The position numbers were made by a program, and so were the translations under genes. A DNA stretch of 64,000 nt, taken from contig OZ024743.1 in NCBI GenBank assembly GCA_964016885.1, forward strand, positions 234,360,001 through 234,424,000, read 5' to 3'. The notes beneath the pieces are model-generated. The model saw nothing but the letters and a program-made list of their open reading frames with translations. It was not told the DNA's origin and made no database searches. Shown one piece after another: positions 53,601-64,000 of the stretch. The stretch is from Eledone cirrhosa. Lineage: Eukaryota. Each line of letters starts with the position of its first letter. The first letter of the stretch is position 1.

Positions 53601-56600
53601 GGCTGTGGAACCAAACCGTGTTAAACGTCAACAAAGTCCGCCGGCGAATGGTGTGCTTCGAAGAAAACGAATCCAAAAATGACGATTTGCCGGCGGAGTT
53701 ACCTTTTCAATCGCGGGCCGGCCGCCCTTGGTCGGATCGATCTGTAATTACTGGTACATGTGCAGACACTCATTGGCTATGTGTGGCGTGAATTTCAGCA
53801 AGATATCTCCGTAAAATCAATAGTTGTGGCTGTGGAACCAAACCGTGTTAAACGTCAACAAAGTCCGCCGGCGAATGGTGTGCTTCGAAGAAAACGAATC
53901 CAAAAATGACGATTTGCCGGCGGAGTTACCTTTTCAATCGCGGGCCGGCCGCCCGTGGTCGGATCGATCTGTAATTACTGGTACATGTGCAGACACTCAT
54001 TGGCTATGTGTGGCTTGAATTTCAGCAAGATATCTCCGTAAAATCAATAGTTGTGGCTGTGGAACCAAACCGTGTTAAACGTCAACAAAGTCCGCCGGCG
54101 AATGGTGTGCTTCGAAGAAAACGAATCCAAAAATGACGATTTGCCGGCGGAGTTACCTTTTCAATCGCGGGCCGGCCGCCCGTGGTCGGATCGATCTGTA
54201 ATTACTGGTACATGTGCAGACACTCATTGGCTATGTGTGGCGTGAATTTCAGCAAGATATCTCCGTAAAATCAATAGTTGTGGCTGTGGAACCAAACCGT
54301 GTTAAACGTCAACAAAGTCCGCCGGCGAATGGTGTGCTTCGAAGAAAACGAATCCAAAAATGACGATTTGCCGGCGGAGTTACCTTTTCAATCGCGGGCC
54401 GGCCGCCCGTGGTCGGATCGATCTGTAATTACTGGTACATGTGCAGACACTCATTGGCTATGTGTGGCGTGAATTTCAGCAAGATATCTCCGTAAAATCA
54501 ATAGTTGTGGCTGTGGAACCAAACCGTGTTAAACGTCAACAAAGTCCGCCGGCGAATGGTGTGCTTCGAAGAAAACGAATCCAAAAATGACGATTTGCCG
54601 GCGGAGTTACCTTTTCAATCGCAAACCGGCCGCCCGTGGTCGGATCGATCTGTAATTACTGGTACCTGTGCAGACACTCATTGGCTATGTGTGGCGTGAA
54701 TTTCAGCAAGATATCTCAGTAAAATCAATAGTTGTGGCTGTGGAACCAAACCGTGTTAAACGTCAACAAAGTCAGCCGGCGAATGGTGTGCTTCGAAGAA
54801 AACGAATCCAAAAATGACGATTTGCCGGCGGAGTTACCTTTTCAATCGCAAACCGGCCGCCCGTGGTCGGATCGATCTGTAATTACTGGTACATGTGCAG
54901 ACACTCATTGGCTATGTGTGGCGTGAATTTCAGCAAGATATCTCCGTGAAATCAATAGTTGTGGCTGTGGAACCAAACCGTGTTAAACGTCAACAAAGTC
55001 CGCCGGCGAATGGTGTGCTTCGAAGAAAACGAATCCAAAAATGACGATTTGCCGGCGGAGTTACCTTTTCAATCGCGGGCCGGCCGCCCGTGATCGGATC
55101 GATCTGTAATTACTGGTACATGTGCAGACACTCATTGGCTATGTGTGGCGTGAATTTCAGCAAGATATCTCCGTAAAATCAATAGTTGTGGCTGTGGAAC
55201 CAAACCGTGTTAAACGTCAACAAAGTCCGCCGGCGAATGGTGTGCTTCGAAGAAAACGAATCCAAAAATGACGATTTGCCGGCGGAGTTACCTTTTCAAT
55301 CGCGGGCCGGCCGCCCTTGGTCGGATCGATCTGTAATTACTGGTACATGTGCAGACACTCATTGGCTATGTGTGGCGTGAATTTCAGCAAGATATCTCCG
55401 TAAAATCAATAGTTGTGGCTGTGGAACCAAACCGTGTTAAACGTCAACAAAGTCCGCCGGCGAATGGTGTGCTTCGAAGAAAACGAATCCAAAAATGACG
55501 ATTTGCCGGCGGAGTTACCTTTTCAATCGCGGGCCGGCCGCCCGTGGTCGGATCGATCTGTAATTACTGGTACATGTGCAGACACTCATTGGCTATGTGT
55601 GGCTTGAATTTCAGCAAGATATCTCCGTAAAATCAATAGTTGTGGCTGTGGAACCAAACCGTGTTAAACGTCAACAAAGTCCGCCGGCGAATGGTGTGCT
55701 TCGAAGAAAACGAATCCAAAAATGACGATTTGCCGGCGGAGTTACCTTTTCAATCGCGGGCCGGCCGCCCGTGGTCGGATCGATCTGTAATTACTGGTAC
55801 ATGTGCAGACACTCATTGGCTATGTGTGGCGTGAATTTCAGCAAGATATCTCCGTAAAATCAATAGTTGTGGCTGTGGAACCAAACCGTGTTAAACGTCA
55901 ACAAAGTCAGCCGGCGAATGGTGTGCTTCGAAGAAAACGAATCCAAAAATGACGATTTGCCGGCGGAGTTACCTTTTCAATCGCAAACCGACCGCCCGTG
56001 GTCGGATCGATCTGTAATTACTGGTACATGTGCAGAGACTCATTGGCTATGTGTGGCGTGAATTTCAGCAAGATATCTCCGTGAAATCAATAGTTGTGGC
56101 TGTGGAACCAAACCGGGTTAAACGTCAACAAAGTCCGCCGGCGAATGGTGTGCTTCGAAGAAAACGAATCCAAAAATGACGATTTGCCGGCGGAGTTACC
56201 TTTTCAATCGCGGGCCGGCCGCCCGTGGTCGGATCGATCTGTAATTACTGGTACATGTGCAGACACTCATTGGCTATGTGTGGCGTGAATTTCAGCAAGA
56301 TATCTCCGTAAAATCAATAGTTGTGGCTGTGGAACCAAACCGTGTTAAACGTCAACAAAGTCCGCCGGCGAATGGTGTGCTTCGAAGAAAACGAATCCAA
56401 AAATGACGATTTGCCGGCGGAGTTACCTTTTCAATCGCAAACCGGCCGCCCGTGGTCGGATCGATCTGTAATTACTGGTACCTGTGCAGACACTCATTGG
56501 CTATGTGTGGCGTGAATTTCAGCAAGATATCTCCGTGAAATCAATAGTTGTGGCTGTGGAACCAAACCGTGTTAAACGTCAACAAAGTCCGCCGGCGAAT

Positions 56601-59600
56601 GGTGTGCTTCGAAGAAAACGAATCCAAAAATGACGATTTGCCGGCGGAGTTACCTTTTCAATCGCGGGCCGGCCGCCCGTGATCGGATCGATCTGTAATT
56701 ACTGGTACATGTGCAGACACTCATTGGCTATGTGTGGCGTGAATTTCAGCAAGATATCTCCGTAAAATCAATAGTTGTGGCTGTGGAACCAAACCGTGTT
56801 AAACGTCAACAAAGTCCGCCGGCGAATGGTGTGCTTCGAAGAAAACGAATCCAAAAATGACGATTTGCCGGCGGAGTTACCTTTTCAATCGCGGGCCGGC
56901 CGCCCGTGGTCGGATCGATCTGTAATTACTGGTACATGTGCAGACACTCATTGGCTATGTGTGGCTTGAATTTCAGCAAGATATCTCCGTAAAATCAATA
57001 GTTGTGGCTGTGGAACCAAACCGTGTTAAACGTCAACAAAGTCCGCCGGCGAATGGTGTGCTTCGAAGAAAACGAATCCAAAAATGACGATTTGCCGGCG
57101 GAGTTACCTTTTCAATCGCGGGCCGGCCGCCCGTGGTCGGATCGATCTGTAATTACTGGTACATGTGCAGACACTCATTGGCTATGTGTGGCGTGAATTT
57201 CAGCAAGATATCTCCGTAAAATCAATAGTTGTGGCTGTGGAACCAAACCGTGTTAAACGTCAACAAAGTCAGCCGGCGAATGGTGTGCTTCGAAGAAAAC
57301 GAATCCAAAAATGACGATTTGCCGGCGGAGTTACCTTTTCAATCGCAAACCGACCGCCCGTGGTCGGATCGATCTGTAATTACTGGTACATGTGCAGAGA
57401 CTCATTGGCTATGTGTGGCGTGAATTTCAGCAAGATATCTCCGTGAAATCAATAGTTGTGGCTGTGGAACCAAACCGGGTTAAACGTCAACAAAGTCCGC
57501 CGGCGAATGGTGTGCTTCGAAGAAAACGAATCCAAAAATGACGATTTGCCGGCGGAGTTACCTTTTCAATCGCGGGCCGGCCGCCCGTGGTCGGATCGAT
57601 CTGTAATTACTGGTACATGTGCAGACACTCATTGGCTATGTGTGGCGTGAATTTCAGCAAGATATCTCCGTAAAATCAATAGTTGTGGCTGTGGAACCAA
57701 ACCGTGTTAAACGTCAACAAAGTCCGCCGGCGAATGGTGTGCTTCGAAGAAAACGAATCCAAAAATGACGATTTGCCGGCGGAGTTACCTTTTCAATCGC
57801 AAACCGGCCGCCCGTGGTCGGATCGATCTGTAATTACTGGTACATGTGCAGACACTCATTGGCTATGTGTGGCGTGAATTTCAGCAAGATATCTCCGTAA
57901 AATCAATAGTTGTGGCTGTGGAACCAAACCGTGTTAAACGTCAACAAAGTCCGCCGGCGAATGGTGTGCTTCGAAGAAAACGAATCCAAAAATGACGATT
58001 TGCCGGCGGAGTTACCTTTTCAATCGCGGGCCGGCCGCCCGTGGTCGGATCGATCTGTAATTACTGGTACATGTGCAGACACTCATTGGCTATGTGTGGC
58101 GTGAATTTCAGCAAGATATCTCCGTAAAATCAATAGTTGTGGCTGTGGAACCAAACCGTGTTAAACGTCAACAAAGTCCGCCGGCGAATGGTGTGCTTCG
58201 AAGAAAACGAATCCAAAAATGACGATTTGCCGGCGGAGTTACCTTTTCAATCGCAAACCGGCCGCCCGTGGTCGGATCGATCTGTAATTACTGGTACATG
58301 TGCAGACACTCATTGGCTATGTGTGGCGTGAATTTCAGCAAGATATCTCCGTAAAATCAATAGTTGTGGCTGTGGAACCAAACCGTGTTAAACGTCAACA
58401 AAGTCCGCCGGCGAATGGTGTGCTTCGAAGAAAACGAATCCAAAAATGACGATTTGCCGGCGGAGTTACCTTTTCAATCGCGGGCCGGCCGCCCGTGGTC
58501 GGATCGATCTGTAATTACTGGTACATGTGCAGACACTCATTGGCTATGTGTGGCGTGAATTTCAGCAAGATATCTCCGTAAAATCAATAGTTGTGGCTGT
58601 GGAACCAAACCGTGTTAAACGTCAACAAAGTCCGCCGGCGAATGGTGTGCTTCGAAGAAAACGAATCCAAAAATGACGATTTGCCGGCGGAGTTACCTTT
58701 TCAATCGCGGGCCGGCCGCCCTTGGTCGGATCGCTCTGTAATTACTGGTACATGTGCAGACACTCATTGGCTATGTGTGGCGTGAATTTCAGCAAGATAT
58801 CTCCGTAAAATCAATAGTTGTGGCTGTGGAACCAAACCGTGTTAAACGTCAACAAAGTCAGCCGGCGAATGGTGTGCTTCGAAGAAAACGAATCCAAAAA
58901 TGACGATTTGCCGGCGGAGTTACCTTTTCAATCGCAAACCGACCGCCCGTGGTCGGATCGATCTGTAATTACTGGTACATGTGCAGAGACTCATTGGCTA
59001 TGTGTGGCGTGAATTTCAGCAAGATATCTCCGTGAAATCAATAGTTGTGGCTGTGGAACCAAACCGGGTTAAACGTCAACAAAGTCCGCCGGCGAATGGT
59101 GTGCTTCGAAGAAAACGAATCCAAAAATGACGATTTGCCGGCGGAGTTACCTTTTCAATCGCGGGCCGGCCGCCCGTGGTCGGATCGATCTGTAATTACT
59201 GGTACATGTGCAGACACTCATTGGCTATGTGTGGCGTGAATTTCAGCAAGATATCTCCGTAAAATCAATAGTTGTGGCTGTGGAACCAAACCGTGTTAAA
59301 CGTCAACAAAGTCCGCCGGCGAATGGTGTGCTTCGAAGAAAACGAATCCAAAAATGACGATTTGCCGGCGGAGTTACCTTTTCAATCGCAAACCGGCCGC
59401 CCGTGGTCGGATCGATCTGTAATTACTGGTACATGTGCAGACACTCATTGGCTATGTGTGGCGTGAATTTCAGCAAGATATCTCCGTAAAATCAATAGTT
59501 GTGGCTGTGGAACCAAACCGTGTTAAACGTCAACAAAGTCCGCCGGCGAATGGTGTGCTTCGAAGAAAACGAATCCAAAAATGACGATTTGCCGGCGGAG

Positions 59601-62600
59601 TTACCTTTTCAATCGCGGGCCGGCCGCCCGTGGTCGGATCGATCTGTAATTACTGGTACATGTGCAGACACTCATTGGCTATGTGTGGCGTGAATTTCAG
59701 CAAGATATCTCCGTAAAATCAATAGTTGTGGCTGTGGAACCAAACCGTGTTAAACGTCAACAAAGTCCGCCGGCGAATGGTGTGCTTCGAAGAAAACGAA
59801 TCCAAAAATGACGATTTGCCGGCGGAGTTACCTTTTCAATCGCAAACCGGCCGCCCGTGGTCGGATCGATCTGTAATTACTGGTACATGTGCAGACACTC
59901 ATTGGCTATGTGTGGCGTGAATTTCAGCAAGATATCTCCGTAAAATCAATAGTTGTGGCTGTGGAACCAAACCGTGTTAAACGTCAACAAAGTCCGCCGG
60001 CGAATGGTGTGCTTCGAAGAAAACGAATCCAAAAATGACGATTTGCCGGCGGAGTTACCTTTTCAATCGCGGGCCGGCCGCCCGTGGTCGGATCGATCTG
60101 TAATTACTGGTACATGTGCAGACACTCATTGGCTATGTGTGGCGTGAATTTCAGCAAGATATCTCCGTAAAATCAATAGTTGTGGCTGTGGAACCAAACC
60201 GTGTTAAACGTCAACAAAGTCCGCCGGCGAATGGTGTGCTTCGAAGAAAACGAATCCAAAAATGACGATTTGCCGGCGGAGTTACCTTTTCAATCGCGGG
60301 CCGGCCGCCCTTGGTCGGATCGCTCTGTAATTACTGGTACATGTGCAGACACTCATTGGCTATGTGTGGCGTGAATTTCAGCAAGATATCTCCGTAAAAT
60401 CAATAGTTGTGGCTGTGGAACCAAACCGTGTTAAACGTCAACAAAGTCAGCCGGCGAATGGTGTGCTTCGAAGAAAACGAATCCAAAAATGACGATTTGC
60501 CGGCGGAGTTACCTTTTCAATCGCAAACCGACCGCCCGTGGTCGGATCGATCTGTAATTACTGGTACATGTGCAGAGACTCATTGGCTATGTGTGGCGTG
60601 AATTTCAGCAAGATATCTCCGTGAAATCAATAGTTGTGGCTGTGGAACCAAACCGGGTTAAACGTCAACAAAGTCCGCCGGCGAATGGTGTGCTTCGAAG
60701 AAAACGAATCCAAAAATGACGATTTGCCGGCGGAGTTACCTTTTCAATCGCGGGCCGGCCGCCCGTGGTCGGATCGATCTGTAATTACTGGTACATGTGC
60801 AGACACTCATTGGCTATGTGTGGCGTGAATTTCAGCAAGATATCTCCGTAAAATCAATAGTTGTGGCTGTGGAACCAAACCGTGTTAAACGTCAACAAAG
60901 TCCGCCGGCGAATGGTGTGCTTCGAAGAAAACGAATCCAAAAATGACGATTTGCCGGCGGAGTTACCTTTTCAATCGCAAACCGGCCGCCCGTGGTCGGA
61001 TCGATCTGTAATTACTGGTACCTGTGCAGACACTCATTGGCTATGTGTGGCGTGAATTTCAGCAAGATATCTCCGTGAAATCAATAGTTGTGGCTGTGGA
61101 ACCAAACCGTGTTAAACGTCAACAAAGTCCGCCGGCGAATGGTGTGCTTCGAAGAAAACGAATCCAAAAATGACGATTTGCCGGCGGAGTTACCTTTTCA
61201 ATCGCGGGCCGGCCGCCCGTGATCGGATCGATCTGTAATTACTGGTACATGTGCAGACACTCATTGGCTATGTGTGGCGTGAATTTCAGCAAGATATCTC
61301 CGTAAAATCAATAGTTGTGGCTGTGGAACCAAACCGTGTTAAACGTCAACAAAGTCCGCCGGCGAATGGTGTGCTTCGAAGAAAACGAATCCAAAAATGA
61401 CGATTTGCCGGCGGAGTTACCTTTTCAATCGCGGGCCGGCCGCCCGTGGTCGGATCGATCTGTAATTACTGGTACATGTGCAGACACTCATTGGCTATGT
61501 GTGGCTTGAATTTCAGCAAGATATCTCCGTAAAATCAATAGTTGTGGCTGTGGAACCAAACCGTGTTAAACGTCAACAAAGTCCGCCGGCGAATGGTGTG
61601 CTTCGAAGAAAACGAATCCAAAAATGACGATTTGCCGGCGGAGTTACCTTTTCAATCGCGGGCCGGCCGCCCGTGGTCGGATCGATCTGTAATTACTGGT
61701 ACATGTGCAGACACTCATTGGCTATGTGTGGCGTGAATTTCAGCAAGATATCTCCGTAAAATCAATAGTTGTGGCTGTGGAACCAAACCGTGTTAAACGT
61801 CAACAAAGTCAGCCGGCGAATGGTGTGCTTCGAAGAAAACGAATCCAAAAATGACGATTTGCCGGCGGAGTTACCTTTTCAATCGCAAACCGACCGCCCG
61901 TGGTCGGATCGATCTGTAATTACTGGTACATGTGCAGAGACTCATTGGCTATGTGTGGCGTGAATTTCAGCAAGATATCTCCGTGAAATCAATAGTTGTG
62001 GCTGTGGAACCAAACCGGGTTAAACGTCAACAAAGTCCGCCGGCGAATGGTGTGCTTCGAAGAAAACGAATCCAAAAATGACGATTTGCCGGCGGAGTTA
62101 CCTTTTCAATCGCGGGCCGGCCGCCCGTGGTCGGATCGATCTGTAATTACTGGTACATGTGCAGACACTCATTGGCTATGTGTGGCGTGAATTTCAGCAA
62201 GATATCTCCGTAAAATCAATAGTTGTGGCTGTGGAACCAAACCGTGTTAAACGTCAACAAAGTCCGCCGGCGAATGGTGTGCTTCGAAGAAAACGAATCC
62301 AAAAATGACGATTTGCCGGCGGAGTTACCTTTTCAATCGCAAACCGGCCGCCCGTGGTCGGATCGATCTGTAATTACTGGTACATGTGCAGACACTCATT
62401 GGCTATGTGTGGCGTGAATTTCAGCAAGATATCTCCGTAAAATCAATAGTTGTGGCTGTGGAACCAAACCGTGTTAAACGTCAACAAAGTCCGCCGGCGA
62501 ATGGTGTGCTTCGAAGAAAACGAATCCAAAAATGACGATTTGCCGGCGGAGTTACCTTTTCAATCGCGGGCCGGCCGCCCGTGGTCGGATCGATCTGTAA

Positions 62601-64000
62601 TTACTGGTACATGTGCAGACACTCATTGGCTATGTGTGGCGTGAATTTCAGCAAGATATCTCCGTAAAATCAATAGTTGTGGCTGTGGAACCAAACCGTG
62701 TTAAACGTCAACAAAGTCCGCCGGCGAATGGTGTGCTTCGAAGAAAACGAATCCAAAAATGACGATTTGCCGGCGGAGTTACCTTTTCAATCGCAAACCG
62801 GCCGCCCGTGGTCGGATCGATCTGTAATTACTGGTACATGTGCAGACACTCATTGGCTATGTGTGGCGTGAATTTCAGCAAGATATCTCCGTAAAATCAA
62901 TAGTTGTGGCTGTGGAACCAAACCGTGTTAAACGTCAACAAAGTCCGCCGGCGAATGGTGTGCTTCGAAGAAAACGAATCCAAAAATGACGATTTGCCGG
63001 CGGAGTTACCTTTTCAATCGCGGGCCGGCCGCCCGTGGTCGGATCGATCTGTAATTACTGGTACATGTGCAGACACTCATTGGCTATGTGTGGCGTGAAT
63101 TTCAGCAAGATATCTCCGTAAAATCAATAGTTGTGGCTGTGGAACCAAACCGTGTTAAACGTCAACAAAGTCCGCCGGCGAATGGTGTGCTTCGAAGAAA
63201 ACGAATCCAAAAATGACGATTTGCCGGCGGAGTTACCTTTTCAATCGCGGGCCGGCCGCCCTTGGTCGGATCGATCTGTAATTACTGGTACATGTGCAGA
63301 CACTCATTGGCTATGTGTGGCTTGAATTTCAGCAAGATATCTCCGTAAAATCAATAGTTGTGGCTGTGGAACCAAACCGTGTTAAACGTCAACAAAGTCC
63401 GCCGGCGAATGGTGTGCTTCGAAGAAAACGAATCCAAAAATGACGATTTGCCGGCGGAGTTACCTTTTCAATCGCGGGCCGGCCGCCCGTGGTCGGATCG
63501 ATCTGTAATTACTGGTACATGTGCAGACACTCATTGGCTATGTGTGGCGTGAATTTCAGCAAGATATCTCCGTAAAATCAATAGTTGTGGCTGTGGAACC
63601 AAACCGTGTTAAACGTCAACAAAGTCCGCCGGCGAATGGTGTGCTTCGAAGAAAACGAATCCAAAAATGACGATTTGCCGGCGGAGTTACCTTTTCAATC
63701 GCGGGCCGGCCGCCCGTGGTCGGATCGATCTGTAATTACTGGTACATGTGCAGACACTCATTGGCTATGTGTGGCGTGAATTTCAGCAAGATATCTCCGT
63801 AAAATCAATAGTTGTGGCTGTGGAACCAAACCGTGTTAAACGTCAACAAAGTCCGCCGGCGAATGGTGTGCTTCGAAGAAAACGAATCCAAAAATGACGA
63901 TTTGCCGGCGGAGTTATCTTTTCAATCGCAAACCGGCCGCCCGTGGTCGGATCGATCTGTAATTACTGGTACCTGTGCAGACACTCATTGGCTATGTGTG
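50622..64000. repeat. Array domain 3: 6-mer and 7-mer HOR units with private variants
   Basis: New variants G159A, G156T, A168C and C11A appear, while the N, V and H types vanish. A 7-mer occurs at 57205-58793 and 58794-60382, and a 6-mer at 55843-57204 and 60383-61744. Confidence 0.85.

Larger units (their letters stand above)
1..64000. repeat. Tandem satellite DNA array, 227-bp monomer, ~282 copies, single orientation, extends beyond both window ends
   Basis: AAGATATCTCCGTAAAATC recurs every 227 bp. The ORF track stays exactly in 227-bp phase from 25 to 63585 (25+280x227). Copies differ from consensus by about 0-7 substitutions. Confidence 0.99.

Noticed and set aside
25-63779. ~280 copies of a 64-aa ORF (MWLWNQTV...) as a tandem gene family
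   Set aside because: It starts at TTG with only 32 bp between copies and has no recognisable domain. Most variants are non-synonymous, and four copies carry a TGA (G159A). A chance ORF amplified with the satellite.
1-64000. CRISPR array or other repeat-spacer system
   Set aside because: There are no unique spacers; the entire 227 bp repeats, and no cas or other genes are present.
1-64000. Rolling-circle/amplification or sequencing concatemer artefact
   Set aside because: Variants recur in linked, hierarchical patterns and regional domains with no random indels, which does not fit error on a single template. Local copy number could still be misassembled.
1-64000. Hidden insertion, inversion or telomeric repeat inside the array
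   Set aside because: The unbroken 227-bp phase on one strand excludes insertions and inversions. The four gaps in the ORF track are explained by the G159A stop.

Overview
The whole 64 kb window is one uninterrupted head-to-tail tandem array of a 227-bp monomer: 281 full copies plus a 213-bp partial, about 49% GC, one orientation, running off both edges. It looks like eukaryotic satellite DNA and is plausibly (peri)centromeric; that is an inference, and I do not recognise the family or organism. I found no gene, RNA gene, transposon insertion or CRISPR array. The 64-aa ORF track is a by-product of the repeat. Copies differ only by about 30 recurring substitutions, with no net indel. Reading these as monomer types reveals three sequence domains, a nested 19-monomer (4313 bp) higher-order repeat with 22-24-mer derivatives, and recombinant monomers. 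The monomer is rich in dyad symmetry: six perfect 8-bp palindromes, a 13-bp stem enclosing a CENP-B-box-like motif, and a GGG/AAA three-base switch inside a quasi-palindrome. All counts were made by eye. 'Position' means position within the monomer, with copy n starting at 227(n-1)+1.
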